The notes beneath the pieces were generated by a model. The model had not been told where the DNA came from, searched no databases, and worked only from the letters and a program-made list of their open reading frames with translations. Shown here piece after piece: positions 35,051 through 44,169 of a DNA stretch of 64,000 nt (positions are counted from its first letter, which is position 1; every line of letters begins with the position of its first letter). Source of the stretch: Flectonema sp. DT1601 (lineage: Eukaryota); assembly GCA_964019425.1 (NCBI GenBank), contig OZ025786.1, positions 806,001-870,000 on the forward strand. Reading direction: 5' to 3'. The position numbers were made by a program, and so were the translations under genes.

Positions 35051-36550
35051 TCACATAGCCACTTCGTATACATCACCCTCCTGAAGAACATTCTCTTCTG
35101 AAGAAGGCGAAGTGTTCACCGGAACCAGTGTAATCAAATCACATTTTAGATCTGAGTCGCTATGTTTAGGCTTGTTTTTACGTATTTTAGATTGTTTCCA
35201 AAAGCACAACACCACAACAAACACGAACACGAACACCACAACTAAAGCAACAACGAGATAAAGTTTGAATGAGGAGCTAGAATTCCCATAAACGAGTTCA
35301 TCTTCAACTACCATAGACACCGTGTCTATAACTTCAGTTAGTGTAACGGGTGGTTCTGTTGGTGGGTCTGTTGGAATGTTAACGTTTCCCTTGAACAACA
35401 CGGCATAAGCACGTCTGCAATACGTGTACGATAATGGAAAGCTTTTTGAAGCTGAAAGTGCGCGACTCGCCTCTTTGGAATCCCAATCAGCATCACCCCA
35501 AGTAACTATTCCTCTAACAGTAAATGCAAAGTACGCAGTGTATGTCCCTAAAATGGCTATCACTTTCCTTTTTAACAAAGATCGGACTGTGTTAGTATTC
35601 TGAGCGAGTCCTGTTCCCCAAGTCACAACTGATCTTGTTGATGTTAAGGCTGCAAAGGTTGTACCTGTAGTGACTATCTTAGTGCTTCCTTTAATTCGAT
35701 CTAACACACGCTGACTGGGATTACCACCAGCACTTGGATCGCCCCATACAATCCAATCAGATGATGTATTGCGTGCGGCAAAAGCTCCCTTGCTGTGAAC
35801 GATCTTGGTTATGTTTTTAAGAAGGTGTTTAACAGTTGAAGAGTTACCTCCCTTCAAACTATTACCCCACGTCACCACAGTTGCATCCTCGAGTAGAGCA
35901 GCGAAAGAATACCCTGCTCCGTAAACATAAGAGACACCTCGTAGTAATCCTTGTACAGTACTGCTGTCACTGCTAAAGTCTCCATCTAGCCCCCAAGTTA
36001 CAACTCTCTTATCCGACGTCAGTGCCGCAAAGGCATAGTTAGTTGAGTAAAGGTTTGTTATGTTAACCAGACTTGACTGAACGGTGCTCATGTTCAGGGG
36101 AAGTTGAGATTTCCCCCAACTAACAACAGTGCTATCGTTTAATAAGGCAGAAAAGTGATTGGTATTTGATGTGATGCTTTTTGCTTTGTGTGTTCTCAGT
36201 TGCTTGACTGTTGAGGAATCAACATCCAACCCCCAGGATACTACTCTTCCATTCTCTTGTAGGGCAGAAAATGCAGAGTAACTTCGGGCGAATTGTAGAG
36301 TCCGAATCCCAGTAAGAAGGTGTTTCACAGTAGTGCTGTCACCTCCTGCTTCAGGTGTCCCCCACGTGACTACATCATCCTCAACAATAGCAGCAAACGA
36401 ACACAACCAAGTAGAACGTATACTGGTAGCACTTCTTAGCACTTCAGGACTTGGTAAGTCCTTTACGGAAGGATCACTGCCCCACATGATAACTGTGTTG
36501 CTGTTCACAGAGATGAGTAGGGCTGTTATTATAAGGAGCCTGAGCCTCAT
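35051..36550 (-). CDS. Kinase-less paralogue of the receptor, copy C
   Basis: 499-aa intact ORF. Ectodomain, TM and juxtamembrane region join directly to the terminal YEVAM; no kinase domain. Confidence 0.85.
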   Translation of the reverse strand: MRLRLLIITALLISVNSNTVIMWGSDPSVKDLPSPEVLRSATSIRSTWLCSFAAIVEDDVVTWGTPEAGGDSTTVKHLLTGIRTLQFARSYSAFSALQENGRVVSWGLDVDSSTVKQLRTHKAKSITSNTNHFSALLNDSTVVSWGKSQLPLNMSTVQSSLVNITNLYSTNYAFAALTSDKRVVTWGLDGDFSSDSSTVQGLLRGVSYVYGAGYSFAALLEDATVVTWGNSLKGGNSSTVKHLLKNITKIVHSKGAFAARNTSSDWIVWGDPSAGGNPSQRVLDRIKGSTKIVTTGTTFAALTSTRSVVTWGTGLAQNTNTVRSLLKRKVIAILGTYTAYFAFTVRGIVTWGDADWDSKEASRALSASKSFPLSYTYCRRAYAVLFKGNVNIPTDPPTEPPVTLTEVIDTVSMVVEDELVYGNSSSSFKLYLVVALVVVFVFVFVVVLCFWKQSKIRKNKPKHSDSDLKCDLITLVPVNTSPSSEENVLQEGDVYEVAM

Positions 36551-37540
36551 CTTTTAATACCTCTCCCCTGTTTTGGAATAAAGAAGTAAAGAGAACACTA
36601 CATTTATCGATTACCACTACGATGACCTGAAAGGTTCGCATTCAACGCGGTTGAACAGAAAGGTTACGAAGAGGAATATCCACAAAATCCTTAAGCAAGA
36701 CAAGTCAAGCTCGTATTGAACAGTAAGATACAAAGTGTTTACTGCTGAACTAATGATACACGAAAGGAAAGTGTTTGAAGGTATAATCTCTCTCTGTAGT
36801 TGGGTTTATAAAATTCTCTGCAGAGACAATAACAATAAAATAGTAAACGTTTTACTGAGGATTTTGGTCATTACGTGTTGAAAGTCACAAGTGGTATTGC
36901 GTCATACCCGCGTAGACAGTTCCTCTATTCAGAAAGCATACCGTCAATTCGCGACGCCTTATATTAACGCACACTAATTAGTTGAACGAGTTCAAGTCAC
37001 TTCCCTGCATAGCAGATCCGTGTACTCTGTACTAACGCTATAATAAGTGTTTTTAGTGAATAGTACATGTAATGGTTGGATTCTTAAGTTCTCGGGACTG
37101 GTTGCTCGCGACCCCCTGACCTTGGAGTGAATTTCCTTTTCGACTTAGTGCGAGGAAGACAAAAATCGAAGAGAAAAAAAGGGTTGACGGGGGGAAAGAA
37201 TTTTGGTACCCAAGAACAAGAGAAAAAAAAATTATTCGCCAACAGCGAAAGAAATTGGGGACCCGCTTTGGTTCTGCAGAACAACAAGCAAGCATGAACT
37301 GATGTTGCGAATATTGCAACAGCGACTGATAAAAGTTACTTCACGGCGTTTAATATTATATTTATTCACCTCCTCCCTTTTTCTTAACTTCGGAAGTACT
37401 TTTAAATATTAAAAAGTAGCCAGGCTTAATGTTGCTTCACTTTACAATATTTATTGTAAAATAAAACAACGTAATGAAGTTAAGTTTATGTAAGCTTCGG
37501 GCTCACAGGGAAATAGAAAACCTTCGACATAATAAATAAC

Positions 37541-37600
37541 GAAACTATTCTCCGACTTAGTCGGTGCAAAAAGAAATAAAAATAAAAATAAAAATAAAAA
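37541..37600 (+). repeat. SINE-like repeat, short 3' fragment (copy 5)
   Basis: TTCTCCGACTTAGTCGGTGC followed by an (AAATAA)n tail. Confidence 0.55.
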
Positions 37601-37921
37601 CAAGACGAAGATTTACATCTCGTCAATTTATACGGAAGAATGCAATAATTTCTCTCAAATTCAGCTGAGATGCATTCGTTCACGGAAGGAGAGATAGTTT
37701 AACAGCAGTAAAAGCCATCGTAAACAAATAAACAAAAGTACTTACTCAGAATAAAACAGAAGCTACGAAATCATTTAAATATAAACTACCCAGTGGGAGT
37801 CGTTTAGAAAAGACAACTAGTGAATATATTTTTCCACCACTTAAGGAGAAATAACATTTTGATTGTGTCGCCACAACTAACTAAAAAGGAAAGACCACAC
37901 TCATAAGATTCAGAGAGTGAT

Positions 37922-40300
37922 TCACATAGCCACTTCGTATTCACTGTCATAATGATAAAAATCATAATAACGATTAGAAGACTCTGGTGCCGCAAGTTGT
38001 AGCAGCTTCTCAACATTAATTACCTGCTGAGCTGGCATGTTACCGAAGAGAGAAATAATCTCCCGGAGTTCAAGACGCTCATCAATACCAGTCCAGCACC
38101 TCTCGACGATGTCGTTCCAAAGCTTCTCTCCAAGCTTCTGTAGGTTGTCAGGCTTCTTTGGCAAGATCCCCGACTTTATAAATTTCGTAATTTGCTTCCT
38201 TCTAACAACAGGATCACCAGAAACCATGTCAGAGTACGGGGACCTCCCACCCATGATTTCGAACATCGTGCAACCAAAACTCCAAACGTCGTGAGCTGCC
38301 GATGCGATCGGTGAACTCTGCAAGGCTTCTGGTGGACACCAAGCGATCGGTAACTTTGACTTTACTACAGAACCTATTTTAGTAACTAATCCCATGTCTC
38401 CTAATACTAAACCATTCTTACTTACTAAAATATTCCTTGTTGCTACATCCATGTGTGCTAACCCAAGTCCGTGAACGTATGCGAGTGCCCTCGCAATCGA
38501 CACCATTCGTAATGCGTACTGCTCTGGATCCACACGCTTGAACCTCAAGAAGTTATCAAGAGAACCTTGTTCGTAGTATTGAGTCACAAGGTAAATACTT
38601 TCATCAGACCTCGACCATCCATAGAACGTCACGATGTCCTTCTGTCTCATGTTGCACAGCATTCGAATCTCTACAAGGAAGTTGGAATCGTATGCCTTCC
38701 TTGATTCCTTCACAGCTACCACTTCACAGCAGGTCACGTAAGTGGCGCGAAAGACTTTTCCAAAGAAACCTGTTCCGATTTGAACGAAGTCCGTTAGTTG
38801 ATCAGATGGAATTTCACATTCCAACGACGACAGAGACGCATTTGTTGAAGAACCCACCTGAAGAACATTCTCCTCTTCCAAAGAAGGCGACGTGTTCATC
38901 GGAACCAGTGTAATCAAATCACATTTTAGAAATGAGTCGCTATGTTTAGACTTGTTTTTACGTATTTTAGATTGTTTCCAAAAGCACAACACCACAACAA
39001 ACACGAACACGAACACCACAACTAAAGCAACAACGAGATAAAGTTTGAATGAGGAGCTAGAATTCCCATAAACGAGTTCATCTTCAACTACCATAGACAC
39101 CGTGTCTATAACTTCAGTTAGTGTAACGGGTGGTTCAAATAACATAGAAAAAGCCTTCTCACAATACGTGTACGCTAGTGGAAGACGTGTAGACAAAGGT
39201 AAATGTATACTGGCTAAATCACTAGAGTCCCAACTAGCATCACCCCACGTAATCACTTCGTGGGAAGATGTAATCGCAATGTACGAAACGTGTGTCGCTG
39301 CGATGAAAATTACATCTTTTAACAAAGACTGCACTGTATTAGTATTCTGAGCGAGTCCTGTTCCCCAAGTCACAACTGATCCTGTTGATGTTAAGGCTGC
39401 AAAAGAGTCAACTGAAGTGACAATCATAATGCTTCCTTTAATTTGATCCAACAAACGCTGACTGGGATTACCACCAGCACTTGGATCGCCCCATACAATC
39501 CAATCAGATGATGTATTGCGTGCGGCAAAAGCTCGTTCGTTGTGAACGATCTTGTTTATGTTTTTAAGAAGGTGTTTAACAGTTGAAGAGTCACCTCCCT
39601 TCAAACGATTACCCCACGTCACCACAGTTGCATCCTCGAGCAGAGCAGCGAAAGAAAACCCTACTCCGTAAACATAAGAGACACCTCGTAGTAATCCTTG
39701 TACAGTACTGCTGTCACTGCCAAAGTCTCCATATCGCCCCCAAGTTACAACTCTCTTATCCGACGTCAGTGCCGCAAAGGCAAAGTGTATTGAGTAAAGG
39801 TTTGTTATGTTAACCAGACTTGACTGAACGGTGCTCATGTTCAGGGGAATTTGAGAATTCCCCCAACTAACAACAGTGCTATCGTTTAATAAGGCAGAAA
39901 AGTGAATCAAATTTGATGTGATGCTTTTTGCTTTGTGTGTTCTCAGTTGCTTGACTGTTGAGGAATCAGCATCCAACCCCCAGGATACTACTCTTCCATT
40001 CTCTTGTAGGACAGAAAACGCAGAGTATCCTTTTGAGGTTATGTTGAGGGTCTGAATTCCAGTAAGAAGGTGTTTCACAGTAGTGCTGTCACCTCCTGCT
40101 TCAGGTGTCCCCCACGTGACTACATCATCCTCAACAATAGCAGCAAACGAACACAACCAAGTAGAACGTATACTGGTAGCACTTCTTAGCACTTCAGGAC
40201 TTGGTAAGTCCTTTACGGAAGGATCACTGCCCCACATGATAACTGTGTTGCTGTTCACAGAGATGAGTAGGGCTGTTATTATAAGGAGCCTGAGCCTCAT
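37922..40300 (-). CDS. Receptor tyrosine-kinase-like protein, copy D
   Basis: 792 aa with the same architecture; mosaic of copy B-like and copy C-like segments. Confidence 0.9.
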   Translation of the reverse strand: MRLRLLIITALLISVNSNTVIMWGSDPSVKDLPSPEVLRSATSIRSTWLCSFAAIVEDDVVTWGTPEAGGDSTTVKHLLTGIQTLNITSKGYSAFSVLQENGRVVSWGLDADSSTVKQLRTHKAKSITSNLIHFSALLNDSTVVSWGNSQIPLNMSTVQSSLVNITNLYSIHFAFAALTSDKRVVTWGRYGDFGSDSSTVQGLLRGVSYVYGVGFSFAALLEDATVVTWGNRLKGGDSSTVKHLLKNINKIVHNERAFAARNTSSDWIVWGDPSAGGNPSQRLLDQIKGSIMIVTSVDSFAALTSTGSVVTWGTGLAQNTNTVQSLLKDVIFIAATHVSYIAITSSHEVITWGDASWDSSDLASIHLPLSTRLPLAYTYCEKAFSMLFEPPVTLTEVIDTVSMVVEDELVYGNSSSSFKLYLVVALVVVFVFVFVVVLCFWKQSKIRKNKSKHSDSFLKCDLITLVPMNTSPSLEEENVLQVGSSTNASLSSLECEIPSDQLTDFVQIGTGFFGKVFRATYVTCCEVVAVKESRKAYDSNFLVEIRMLCNMRQKDIVTFYGWSRSDESIYLVTQYYEQGSLDNFLRFKRVDPEQYALRMVSIARALAYVHGLGLAHMDVATRNILVSKNGLVLGDMGLVTKIGSVVKSKLPIAWCPPEALQSSPIASAAHDVWSFGCTMFEIMGGRSPYSDMVSGDPVVRRKQITKFIKSGILPKKPDNLQKLGEKLWNDIVERCWTGIDERLELREIISLFGNMPAQQVINVEKLLQLAAPESSNRYYDFYHYDSEYEVAM

Positions 40301-40635
40301 CTTTTAATACCTCTCCCCTGTTCTGGAATAAAGAAATCTTCATTTATTGAATACAATAATAGTACAGCAGGACTAAAGTTAAAATTTTTAACATAAATAC
40401 GTCCACCCAATTACTTTGGTTATAATAGATTAAACAATTAAATAATTTCAAAGCAGCACAGAATTACAGAACGACAGCAGTCATCTCGTTAGATATAATT
40501 TTGTTTATGAACAAAACAGGTTATCTAGTCACCTTAATTTCTTTTATTTTTTTATTTCCCCCCCCCCCGGGGCCCCCCCGAAGTTTAAGTTTTCGAAAAA
40601 AAAGTTTGCCATTACAAAAAAAAAAAAAAAAAAAC

Positions 40636-43600
40636 TTAAGATGGTCGAAATTGAGATACATCCAACTTACACATTGCGTTTACCGATGACCAAATCCAAT
40701 CTGGAGTGACAAGTACTTTTGAGAGATTCGGTTGAGAGGAGATGATGCCAGATAGCCTTGGACCCGAAGATACAACTACATAGTGAGTTGGCAGCGGTTT
40801 TGTTTCAGTGGTTACGTCACCATCATGAGCGAATATGTATCTTTCAATTTCCTGAGAGATTTTAATTTCTTCAGGAGTTGTAGTCTCCGTGTGAATTCCA
40901 ATTACACAATCACGGAATACAGGTGCAGGTAAATCCTTTTCTTCAGCAGCTGGAGAGGAGACTGGTAATGAAGCATCACTGTCGTTGTCTGTTTGTATCG
41001 ACGGATATTTATATTTCGTAAATTGTAATTTCATCATTGCGGACTGGCAATCGCTAATATATCTTCTATTCAATATCACACCATTCTGGTTAGCAGCCCT
41101 CTCGAATTCCGTAGTCATCGTCTCACATATCATTATAGTTCCAGGACTCCAATGCAAAGCAAGCGACGCGCCCAATTCAACACATTTGTTTTTTATGGTT
41201 TTCTTCTCACTTGCGGAGAAGCCACTGACCACTATTGTACAGCCTGATAGAATATCTGACTCTTCGGTGCATGGAGTTCCCGGATCTGATTTATGTCGTA
41301 GTGGTGGTGTAGTCATTCTTTTAATAAAATCTGAAGGGAGTTCATCAACTTCTGAAGTTGAATCGTTTTTTAGTCTTTTTAAGCTTCCTGAGTCATTCTT
41401 GTTTTTACTTTTTTTAGAACAAAAACTCATCGGATCGGTACTCAGAGACATCGCTAAATCATTATCAGTTTTATTATTGATACTGGACGGTGATATGTTT
41501 GTGAGCTTATCTTCTGTCGGGAGACAACCGGTCATGTTTGCAGTGCTAAGACTCAGCAAATGATTTTTGTCAGGAGATCTACCGATATCCTCAGGTTTAA
41601 TCCTTTTAATCTCAGAACTATCCTTGCCAAGTGGAGTAGACATGATGACGGTATCCATTGCCGTTAATCTGTCATCTTGTTTTCTCTTTTCCAGTGGAAA
41701 TTCATTCAGAGGTTTGACAGATTTCGGTTGTGGTAATTTCCGTAACCTAAGAAGCTCGTCAGCTGTTTTGCAATAAACGACGACTCTAACATCTGTTCCT
41801 TCTATCGCACGACAGATATCATCGTGGACTGAAGACCATCTTTCTCTCGGATCGTATAGCTTAGTAATGTGAATCGACGCAGACTTCGTCGCCGCGAAAT
41901 TAACTAACTTTTTAAAAGCTGTTTTAAACCCACCCTTACTGAAAGGAGGAGGACCAGATGTCGGTCTTTCTTGAGCGATGAGGTTGCCAACATAAAGTTC
42001 AGCTCCAGCTTTGTATGGATCACCTACATCAATAAGTTGGATATCACCCGGGACTAAGGTTTTCGAAGCATCGTCGTACTGCTCTTGAGGATCTTCTCCG
42101 AATTTTCGTGTTATAGCACCCATCGATCCTTTCGTTGACCAAGATCCTCCAGCAGCAACGATGTGTGATGAAATTCTAAAACACGGCTCTCCCAACTCCA
42201 CCAGATTTAAAGGTGATGTAAAGTCTCCATTTGAATATAAAAACTGCTGATCACTCTTTTGTGGTTGTGGTTGTGGTTGTGGTTGTGGTTGTGGTTGTGG
42301 TTGTTGCTGTTGTTGTTTAGGAGGTGCTGGAGTTGGGTCAGCAGAATACATTGGAACAAAAGCCTTCACAGGTTTTTCAGGATATTCCTCAAGCTCTTCC
42401 AATGGCAAAGGACCAACGTAGTTAAATCCAGTCATGGCTAATGCCTTACTGGCATTGACCAGCTGCTGTAGTTGTTGAACAGTTGTGGCGGTAGTATGAT
42501 CCTTGTCGTCTCTGATTCTAATTACTCGGGGGAAACGAAGTGAAATACCGTTGGCGGTGTGCTTTGGAGACTTTGTGAATTCAGCTCCTATTATTTCCCA
42601 GACAGGTGCTTCCTTTGGGTCTCTGATAAAGAAATCCTGAGCAACGCTCTTGTCACAACTTATCCAAGAAGGAATGCTGTCAGTCTTTTTATTAAAAGCG
42701 ACCATTTTTGGTTTTAATTCCTTAAAAATTCTTGCAAGGGCTGAGTCACTGTGACCATTTCCAGCTGAACAAACTGTTTTCCATTTTTTATCTTTTGTAT
42801 CGTAGCATCCCATTAGGAAAACACTCCAAACTCCAGCAAGACTTCCAGTGCCCCAACGAGCTCCAAGTACGCACAAGTCTGCTGAGTCGGCCATTCCAAC
42901 TAAGTAGTCTCTTTTTAGTTTGATCCAGTGACGAGCACCAGGTTCGTAGAGTGATTTTATGTCCTTGATCACTAGCCCTTCTAGACCACGTGACATTGAT
43001 CCCTGAAGACGAGCACGTAGTTCAGTGTCCTGCTGCTGTTGAGATCCCTTAACGTGAGTCATTTCAGACAACATTATTCTATTATGAATTTGTTTCACTT
43101 TGTCATTTAAAATTTTCCTTCTCTCAGACATCACTGTTGAAAAGCATCCTTCTCCATCCATCATTAATACGTCGAATATGAATATTGCTGTATTCGCTTC
43201 TTTAAATCCAGCTTTCTTATGTTTTCCAAGAGTTCCAAAGGGGAGTGGACACGATGTTTTTTGATCGATTAAAAGAATCTCTCCATCGAGAATACAACTT
43301 TTAGTGTCTTTGAGTGCAATGCGAAGATGTTTTTCAAGCCCTTCGTATTTATCTTCTTTCATTGGTTTTAGGTTTCTTGACCAAAACGTGAACGACTCAT
43401 CTTCCGATTTGTGAATTTGGATTCTTTCTCCATCATACTTGACTTCACAATAAAAAGAATTTGGACATCTGGCAACAACATCGTCAATCGATTTTGAAGC
43501 TCTCGCGAGTTGTGGTGAGATTGGCACATTTATTTTAAAAGCAGTACTGTTATTTTTGAATGCTTTGTTTTTTGCTTTGTTAGGACTAAGTGGATCCCCT

Positions 43601-44169
43601 TCAGAATCAGACTCTGATCCTGTTATAATTTTTATTGCCGTCGCTAACGACGATACTCGCTTGAACGTTTCATAAGCTGTTGGTGATAAAGCGTCAAATA
43701 AACACTTTACACCAGCTCCAAGTCGTAAATCACTTTTTATTATTCTTGTGTACCATTTTAAATCTTCTGGACAAGCTTTCTTTAAAAACTGTTCAATAGC
43801 TGCTTGTTGTTTTACTTCGGTGGTAACCGTAGCTAGTGCTGACAAGTGAGAATCAAGTTCCGGAAGGGATAAGGTGCTTTTTTTATTAATAGCAGCACCA
43901 CTATTTTGTAATGTTGTCGAGAGATCCCCGTTTAGGTTCATCGAGTCTTTTAAATCCTTTTCTGGACACTTTAATATCCTTGAAAAAATAAGTACCAACT
44001 GTTTGTCTTGTAAGTAGTATTTCCTACTTGAATATTTTGGTAGCAGCAGCTCATACAGAAGAATCACATCACCTTTGTAACGCTTTATAAATCCGGCAAC
44101 CAATTCTGTTTTAATGCTCAATGAGGTTTCTTTTGATACTTGGGTGCATAAACTACAGAATGTTTTCAT
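40636..44169 (-). CDS. LIG3: DNA ligase III-type ATP-dependent ligase fused to a macro domain and two BRCT domains
   Basis: EVKYDGERIQIHK adenylation motif. LIG3-type YEPGARHWIKLKRDYL, ADSADLCVLGA and VWEIIGAEFTKSPKHTANGISLRFPR. These are followed by macro-like and BRCT segments. Confidence 0.9.
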   Translation of the reverse strand: MKTFCSLCTQVSKETSLSIKTELVAGFIKRYKGDVILLYELLLPKYSSRKYYLQDKQLVLIFSRILKCPEKDLKDSMNLNGDLSTTLQNSGAAINKKSTLSLPELDSHLSALATVTTEVKQQAAIEQFLKKACPEDLKWYTRIIKSDLRLGAGVKCLFDALSPTAYETFKRVSSLATAIKIITGSESDSEGDPLSPNKAKNKAFKNNSTAFKINVPISPQLARASKSIDDVVARCPNSFYCEVKYDGERIQIHKSEDESFTFWSRNLKPMKEDKYEGLEKHLRIALKDTKSCILDGEILLIDQKTSCPLPFGTLGKHKKAGFKEANTAIFIFDVLMMDGEGCFSTVMSERRKILNDKVKQIHNRIMLSEMTHVKGSQQQQDTELRARLQGSMSRGLEGLVIKDIKSLYEPGARHWIKLKRDYLVGMADSADLCVLGARWGTGSLAGVWSVFLMGCYDTKDKKWKTVCSAGNGHSDSALARIFKELKPKMVAFNKKTDSIPSWISCDKSVAQDFFIRDPKEAPVWEIIGAEFTKSPKHTANGISLRFPRVIRIRDDKDHTTATTVQQLQQLVNASKALAMTGFNYVGPLPLEELEEYPEKPVKAFVPMYSADPTPAPPKQQQQQPQPQPQPQPQPQPQKSDQQFLYSNGDFTSPLNLVELGEPCFRISSHIVAAGGSWSTKGSMGAITRKFGEDPQEQYDDASKTLVPGDIQLIDVGDPYKAGAELYVGNLIAQERPTSGPPPFSKGGFKTAFKKLVNFAATKSASIHITKLYDPRERWSSVHDDICRAIEGTDVRVVVYCKTADELLRLRKLPQPKSVKPLNEFPLEKRKQDDRLTAMDTVIMSTPLGKDSSEIKRIKPEDIGRSPDKNHLLSLSTANMTGCLPTEDKLTNISPSSINNKTDNDLAMSLSTDPMSFCSKKSKNKNDSGSLKRLKNDSTSEVDELPSDFIKRMTTPPLRHKSDPGTPCTEESDILSGCTIVVSGFSASEKKTIKNKCVELGASLALHWSPGTIMICETMTTEFERAANQNGVILNRRYISDCQSAMMKLQFTKYKYPSIQTDNDSDASLPVSSPAAEEKDLPAPVFRDCVIGIHTETTTPEEIKISQEIERYIFAHDGDVTTETKPLPTHYVVVSSGPRLSGIISSQPNLSKVLVTPDWIWSSVNAMCKLDVSQFRPS
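42259..42316. repeat. Coding microsatellite (TGTGGT)n giving a Q/P linker
   Basis: Hexamer repeat encoding QQQQQPQPQPQP between the ligase OB fold and the macro domain. Confidence 0.9.

Noticed and set aside
37031..37048. ACTAACGCTATAATAAGT resembles the 5' end of kinetoplastid spliced leaders
   Set aside because: It is not followed by the conserved CAGTTTCTGTACT.TATTG/GTA exon end and it is single-copy, so a chance match is likely.
27998..41776. Plus-strand ORFs repeated inside the kinase and ligase genes
   Set aside because: They are antisense shadows of the minus-strand CDSs and recur only because the host genes are duplicated.
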